Source of the DNA: Minisyncoccota bacterium
GTDB lineage: Bacteria > Patescibacteriota > Microgenomatia > UBA1400 > PJMF01
NCBI GenBank assembly: GCA_009991965.1
Contig: JAACWQ010000004.1
Location: 1-40,073, forward strand
Reading direction: 5' to 3'
Length of the DNA stretch: 40,073 nt
This document shows, in pieces, positions 35,371 to 40,073 of the stretch. Numbering within the stretch: the stretch's first letter is position 1; each line of letters opens with the position of its first letter. A model generated the notes under the pieces. It saw nothing but the letters and a program-made list of their open reading frames with translations, made no database searches and was not told the origin of the DNA. Position numbers and translations under genes: made by a program.

Positions 35371-37317
35371 TTATAACAGCACCTGCTCTTCAAACTGCTT
35401 TTTTTGCTCAAAAAAGCGTAGCTTGTCTGCCAACACCGATCGCAGATACCAATAGGCTTGTTGTGGATGACTTACACAATAGCGGAATTCTTTCGCACAA
35501 TTTGGCGCTAAGTAAACAATTTCCTCCTGTGAATACTTGTCACTTGAAATTGTCACAGTCACCTGCAGTGGCTTTTGTGAAGCAATATCGATAAAAATCA
35601 TGCCGTTGCTGCCATGTGCTGGCTGACTACTTGCCGTCGCTTCTATCTGTGAAAGTGAGATTTCTGGAGGCTCGGAAAGCAAAACAGGAAAATTTTGTTC
35701 ATCCCGAGGATACAAAACCAATCGAGCGGGGTTTCTACCAGCAATTGCATAGCGGTTGTTGATGTAGAGCGTTGTTTTTTCTGAGTGTGGCTCGCCCAAT
35801 TGTATCTCGGGAAATAATAAGCCTTTCTGGTTTTTACGTTCTGATATTAGTAATTCTGGTATAGCAAAGGGAACAAACTGATTCTCTGTTTCTTCAAAAC
35901 CCCAAGCTGTTTTCCCCTCTGTCGCTAGCCACTGCAAATCAATCATTGGGGTATTTTCTAATAACTCAAATGAATCGGGAGAAAAACGAATTACAGATTT
36001 ATTCAATTCGTCAAATGAAATCTCAGGCAAATCGCTTGCAAGCTGCCAAAAATTTGCTTCAGGAAATGAACTCGGTCTATTTTTCAGCACATCATTGCGC
36101 GCAGCTTGGCCCACCTGTGTACTACTCCCTCTCGAACCATCGAGGATAAATGGCGCAATCCACCAACCCATACTTTTTGCCGTGTCAGTTACATACGGAT
36201 CGGGAAATTTCTCATCATAAATTCGCAAGTCTGTAATAGAAAGTACGCCATCGCTCAGACGTAGTCGAGCTCTGTACTTGAGAGTTGTTATCCACCAAGC
36301 TTGTTCGGTCTCGTCTGTTTGACTAACACCGCCATAGATTGAAATTTGTTGTACTGGCTGCGTTCTCAACCAAGCGTAAAAATCTTTTGCTGCTAATACT
36401 TTGCCTTGCGAATTATTTTGCCACTGCGCTACCAAATCAAGTTGATTGAGAAACTCCTGCTGACTTTCTGCTGTGAGTGAATTTTCTATCCCAAGCATGG
36501 CAAAGGTATAGCCGTTGCTCAACGGTTGATTATGGGCCTGTAAAAACAAATGCGAAAAATAGTCGGTAGTAGCACCGCGCAATCTGTAGTCATTTGGCTG
36601 CGACGTATAGCTACTCGTTTGGTCGCCATAGTTGTACACAGGATCAGTTATGGTTTGACGAAGCATAAGCGTCGAATCAGCTGCACCCTCGCTTGGCATC
36701 AGTGCCCAATCTTTTCCACTCCAATACGGATAGTGTGGTGGCCCACCGTAGAGTGTGTACGAGTCTGTACCAAACTGCTCGCGGGTGATTTCGTGTGTGG
36801 TGACACCATATTGATCTCGCAACAGCTTGAGCGAAAACGGGTCGATCATCCACGCCGTCGTCGTCTTCGGATAGAAATTAAAAACTGCTTTGAACTGCTC
36901 CATATATGCGTCTATCAGGGCTTCTCGTTCACTTTGAGTGAACCCCACCAAAAATACGTGCTGGGCCTCAAACCAATTGTCTGACGTGCTGCGATACTTG
37001 ACGCCCGCTGCCTCGGCAAGCGCAGGAGTTATTTCGAGCAACCCGCCATACTCAAACGCAGGATATTTTTGGATTGCAGCAACAAATTCTGGATCACTAA
37101 GCGCGTCATAGCGGATGGTGAACGTGGCAGAAAGATTTCTCTGTTGCAACTCTGCTTGTTGCTGTGCAAATGCTGCAACGGTACCAGCATCACAACACTC
37201 CGTCCCCCGCACTTGATTAATAATCACGGTGTAATGGGGAATAGTTTCTGCGGCAAATACTTGAGAATACGTGCCGAAAAAACTGAGCAAAAACAAAACA
37301 AAAAGTAAAACTCTCAT
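35371..37317 (-). CDS. Large secreted protein: N-terminal glycoside hydrolase/deacetylase-like barrel plus C-terminal Ig-like region
   Basis: Signal peptide (VFA/AE); ATFTIRYDAL, EYGGLLEITP, LIDAYMEQFKAVFNFYPKT..AW.ID, EQFGTDSY.LYGG..YPYW resemble NodB/GH57-like barrels. Confidence 0.55.
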   Translation of the reverse strand: MRVLLFVLFLLSFFGTYSQVFAAETIPHYTVIINQVRGTECCDAGTVAAFAQQQAELQQRNLSATFTIRYDALSDPEFVAAIQKYPAFEYGGLLEITPALAEAAGVKYRSTSDNWFEAQHVFLVGFTQSEREALIDAYMEQFKAVFNFYPKTTTAWMIDPFSLKLLRDQYGVTTHEITREQFGTDSYTLYGGPPHYPYWSGKDWALMPSEGAADSTLMLRQTITDPVYNYGDQTSSYTSQPNDYRLRGATTDYFSHLFLQAHNQPLSNGYTFAMLGIENSLTAESQQEFLNQLDLVAQWQNNSQGKVLAAKDFYAWLRTQPVQQISIYGGVSQTDETEQAWWITTLKYRARLRLSDGVLSITDLRIYDEKFPDPYVTDTAKSMGWWIAPFILDGSRGSSTQVGQAARNDVLKNRPSSFPEANFWQLASDLPEISFDELNKSVIRFSPDSFELLENTPMIDLQWLATEGKTAWGFEETENQFVPFAIPELLISERKNQKGLLFPEIQLGEPHSEKTTLYINNRYAIAGRNPARLVLYPRDEQNFPVLLSEPPEISLSQIEATASSQPAHGSNGMIFIDIASQKPLQVTVTISSDKYSQEEIVYLAPNCAKEFRYCVSHPQQAYWYLRSVLADKLRFFEQKKQFEEQVLL

Positions 37318-37318
37318 A

Positions 37319-37858
37319 TTACTTCTCCAAGGTATCTACAAGTGCGAACCCATGTGTAAGTTGTGCTTTCATATCTTCACTCAAATCAAAACTTGTTACT
37401 TCCTCGCGGGAAATCCAGCGAATCTGCGTTACTTCTTCCATCTGGGGAGACAAATCTAGTGTGCCAACCGATCTAACCATATACACAAAGCCTACGTGCT
37501 GTTCACAACCCTTCATCCGCAGCGGTGCTTTCGCATAGGCTTTTGGATCACTTCTGCGTTCCTGAAAGTTCTGCTCACAAATCCAGTGCAAATTGGTCTC
37601 TACCGGTGATGGCACGTACTCTGTTATTTTTGAATTTCTCGTATAGAGCGGATCATAGGTCTCGACCTTGACCCCTGTTTCTTCCAAAAATTCTCGCTCT
37701 GCTGCTTGGTGTGGCAACTCTCCGTCCTCCATATGTCCGCCAGGACAAAGCCAAAGGTGCAATTTCTTGTGATGGATAAGTAACACTTTGTTGTCGTGTA
37801 TCAACATACCTGCGGCGGTGTGACAAATTTTGGCGGGATATTGTTGGAGGTTGGCCAT
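37319..37858 (-). CDS. NUDIX hydrolase
   Basis: VLLIHHKKL..WLCPGGHMEDGELPHQAAEREFLEETG canonical Nudix box. Confidence 0.92.
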   Translation of the reverse strand: MANLQQYPAKICHTAAGMLIHDNKVLLIHHKKLHLWLCPGGHMEDGELPHQAAEREFLEETGVKVETYDPLYTRNSKITEYVPSPVETNLHWICEQNFQERRSDPKAYAKAPLRMKGCEQHVGFVYMVRSVGTLDLSPQMEEVTQIRWISREEVTSFDLSEDMKAQLTHGFALVDTLEK

Positions 37859-37862
37859 AGTA

Positions 37863-38447
37863 TTACAACAAACTCATCTGCATCCCCGTCTGTTTTTTTG
37901 GGGTAAAGCTAAAGTCTACCGGACAATCGACAAGCCTATTCCATTTATTGCGAAACTTCACTTCACCCTTAGTCCTACCGTAATCATAGACATCTCTTGT
38001 CACTGCAACATCTTGCAAACAATATTTTTCGAGTGCATCAAAATTATGAGTGTTGTAATACTTGACCGCATCGAGCCCATCACCACTTTTGCCTATGCCG
38101 AGTGTCGACTGTGCCACTGCGTCCAAGCTAATTCGGTGACCCGCGCTTTTTTTGATACACGTCAGCAAATCGAGCGTCGGGATGAGCGTAATATCTCCCT
38201 TGTAGTACGGGACCATGGTCTGCATATCGAAGCCGTCGATGTTGAAACCAATCACGACGTCAGCTGTCTCAAGCAAGGGGAAAAGATCCGGAAGATCATC
38301 CTCGAAAAAACTTCGCATCTCGCCTTGGCCCATAGTGCCTTCGCGGATGCAAACACCAACAAACGAGATTCCCAGTCGATCAGGGAAAAACCCACCAACA
38401 TCATCAAAAATCTTTTTGGTTTCTACATCGAGAATAATCTGTCGCAT
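37863..38447 (-). CDS. RNase H-like DEDD 3'-5' exonuclease (YprB-like)
   Basis: ILDVET, IGFNIDGFD, SLDAVAQSTLG..KSGDG, YCLQDVAVT. Confidence 0.85.
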   Translation of the reverse strand: MRQIILDVETKKIFDDVGGFFPDRLGISFVGVCIREGTMGQGEMRSFFEDDLPDLFPLLETADVVIGFNIDGFDMQTMVPYYKGDITLIPTLDLLTCIKKSAGHRISLDAVAQSTLGIGKSGDGLDAVKYYNTHNFDALEKYCLQDVAVTRDVYDYGRTKGEVKFRNKWNRLVDCPVDFSFTPKKQTGMQMSLL

Positions 38448-38453
38448 GACAGA

Positions 38454-39065
38454 CTACTGTACCACTGCCGCGTAGCACGCTTCAACCTTTGCCCAATCGA
38501 GCACCTGCCAAAATGCCTGAATATAATCTGGCCGTTTGTTTTGATACTTGAGATAATAGGCATGTTCCCAAACGTCGAGCCCGATAATCGGCTTGTCTGC
38601 TTGGAGCAATGGCGAATCCTGATTTGGCGTGCTGTTGACCGCAAGCGTGCCATCAATTTTTTGCACCAACCAAGCCCAACCGGAACCAAATTGACCTCCA
38701 GCAGCTTCAGCGAATTTTTGCTTGAACACGTCCATGCTGCCAAACGTTTTCGTCAGTGCAGCTACCAAAGTTGGTGCCTGTGCCTCGGTCGTACCAACAC
38801 CGAGAATACTCCAAAAAAGCGAGTGATTGGCGTGCCCACCACCGTGGTTGCGCACCGCCATTTTTATCTCTTCTGGTAAAGAGGATAGTTTGCCAAGTAA
38901 AGCCTCGACTGACAAACTTTGTAAGTCAGCGTGTTTTTCGAGTGCTGCATTTAATTTATCAACATAAGCCTGGTGATGCTTGGTGTAATGGATTTCCATT
39001 GTCCGGGCATCAATGTGTGGCTCGAGAGCGGTGTACTCAAATGAGAGTGGAGGAAGTATGTGCAT
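38454..39065 (-). CDS. sodA: Fe/Mn superoxide dismutase, Mn-type signatures
   Basis: LEPHID..TMEIHYTKHH, NHGGGHANH, FGSGWAWL, NQD, DVWEHAYYL. Confidence 0.93.
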   Translation of the reverse strand: MHILPPLSFEYTALEPHIDARTMEIHYTKHHQAYVDKLNAALEKHADLQSLSVEALLGKLSSLPEEIKMAVRNHGGGHANHSLFWSILGVGTTEAQAPTLVAALTKTFGSMDVFKQKFAEAAGGQFGSGWAWLVQKIDGTLAVNSTPNQDSPLLQADKPIIGLDVWEHAYYLKYQNKRPDYIQAFWQVLDWAKVEACYAAVVQ

Positions 39066-39074
39066 ATTAGGCCA

Positions 39075-39911
39075 CTATAGCATAACTTCTTGCCGAATCC
39101 GCTCAAGTTCTATTGCTCTATCTCGCGCAGTGGTAGCAAAAAACTCTGCCACACGCTCTGGCGAGCGCTGTTCATGTGGGACTTCTGCTGGCAAAAGTTG
39201 CGAGCCAATCACATAGCCTTGCGCACCACTTTCAAATGAAGCGCGCACCTGATCTTTGAACTCCTCATACGGCACCCCACGACCAGAAACAACCCAAGGT
39301 ACATCGAGACTTGCGGTAAGCGTAACAGCCGAAAGTGGATCAATTGGGTACTCTAGGAAAAACAAATCGCAGTACTCTTGCAACTCAGCAATTGAGTCGA
39401 GCTGTAATTCCAAAAATTGCGCCTGGTATTTTTCCTTAGCTGTTTCTAGATACAAAACTAAATCGAGAATAAAGGCGATACCTTCATGCCTGCAGTAATC
39501 TGCCAACTCCACCACCATTTGTTTTTTGGAGCGCGCGTCTTCTTCTTGTGGATTATAATAAAGCTCGAGCTTGGCAAGCCCGTAGTTATTGCGCGTTTGT
39601 TCTACTCCCCAAGTCTGCGCCAACACTGGCACTGTCAGCGGATCCTTCGCGCGCACCATGTCAGAAAGTTCGAAAATGACGCCCGCATTCTTGGGCAAAC
39701 TTGCCACGGCAGAAAATCCAATATCTGGAGCCAGACACACACCGCTCACATGGGGAGCCAACAATGTACTTGCTTCTGAAATGAGGCTGGCTACTTCTGC
39801 AGCATGATCTAGATTTTGGAGCGACAAACCTGCGTGATCTGCCACTGCCAATGGATCAGCCAAACTGAGTAGTGAATAACCTGAGTCAGCGCGTATGGCA
39901 TCGAGTGTCAT
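39075..39911 (-). CDS. Tagatose-1,6-bisphosphate aldolase (LacD)-like TIM barrel, catalytic residues degenerate
   Basis: W.VE, AKLELYYNP, C..EGIAFILD, LEYP, PWVV..RGV.YEEF....GA.GY..G. Confidence 0.65.
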   Translation of the reverse strand: MTLDAIRADSGYSLLSLADPLAVADHAGLSLQNLDHAAEVASLISEASTLLAPHVSGVCLAPDIGFSAVASLPKNAGVIFELSDMVRAKDPLTVPVLAQTWGVEQTRNNYGLAKLELYYNPQEEDARSKKQMVVELADYCRHEGIAFILDLVLYLETAKEKYQAQFLELQLDSIAELQEYCDLFFLEYPIDPLSAVTLTASLDVPWVVSGRGVPYEEFKDQVRASFESGAQGYVIGSQLLPAEVPHEQRSPERVAEFFATTARDRAIELERIRQEVML

Positions 39912-39925
39912 ACACTCAGTATACC

Positions 39926-40073
39926 TTAGCGGCGATCGTAACGATCGCGTGAGTTGCTGCCACCGCCTCGTCTATCTCCACCACCTGGTCGGCCACCGCG
40001 GAACGGAGGTCTGCCTTGTGGTCGGTTGGATCGTGCTGCTGCTTGCTCTTCAGCGGAGAGCAGTGAGAGACCG
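39926..40073 (-). CDS. 3' end of a gene cut by the window edge; probably polynucleotide phosphorylase or another S1-domain protein
   Basis: Reads ...GLSLLSAEEQAAARSNRPQGRPPFRGGRPGGGDRRGGGSNSRDRYDRR*; the GLSL resembles an S1-domain end and is followed by an RGG-rich tail. Confidence 0.55.
   Translation of the reverse strand, partial: GLSLLSAEEQAAARSNRPQGRPPFRGGRPGGGDRRGGGSNSRDRYDRR

Noticed and set aside
37830-38879. 349-aa plus-strand ORF
   Set aside because: Antisense to sod and the exonuclease, both well supported; no motifs
39932-39948. Inverted repeat GCGATCG-TAA-CGATCGC
   Set aside because: Within coding sequence (RDRYDR), no U-tract; insufficient support as a terminator
1-40073. CRISPR array, integrase, transposase or prophage
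   Set aside because: No regularly spaced repeats or mobile-element proteins seen; no duplicated tRNA or tmRNA 3' end (att site) found by eye
39926-40073. GC-rich end containing BsaI (GAGACC) and SapI (GCTCTTC) sites, possible synthetic or foreign DNA
   Set aside because: Explained by an open minus-strand frame encoding an RGG-rich C-terminal tail; the sites are probably chance

Overview
Gene-dense 40 kb bacterial chromosomal segment (standard code, TGA used as stop). The compact layout, short SufD and protein families suggest a Patescibacteria/CPR (Microgenomates-like) genome, which is an inference. Left part: typA, three glycosyltransferases, dus, tRNA-Val(CAC), a TMTC-like GT-C/TPR protein, comF, tmRNA with a 31-codon tag, a Phd/RelE toxin-antitoxin pair, murI and a YfhO-like membrane protein. 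From 12.8 kb to the end essentially all genes are on the minus strand. In transcription order they are: pnp-like tail, aldolase-like protein, sod, exonuclease, NUDIX, secreted protein, sufC-NUDIX-sufB-sufD, then a ~5.9 kb insertion, then sufS-sufU-yjjX-FNR-ferredoxin-DsbA, a small basic protein, sufT, pfkB, Lon-AAA only, udg, rnj and ftsK. The insertion splitting the suf operon carries a probable rhuM remnant, a MazG-like pyrophosphatase + nuclease/helicase (DUF2075-like) + small ORF cassette (best candidate for an undescribed defence system), a broken hpt gene and two paralogous glycoside hydrolase-dockerin genes. Other oddities: a cysteine-free family-4 UDG, an aldolase homolog lacking its catalytic lysine, a small basic protein with a structured 5' leader, and pervasive leaderless-type promoter spacing. 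All family assignments come from motif recognition by eye; no database searches were run.
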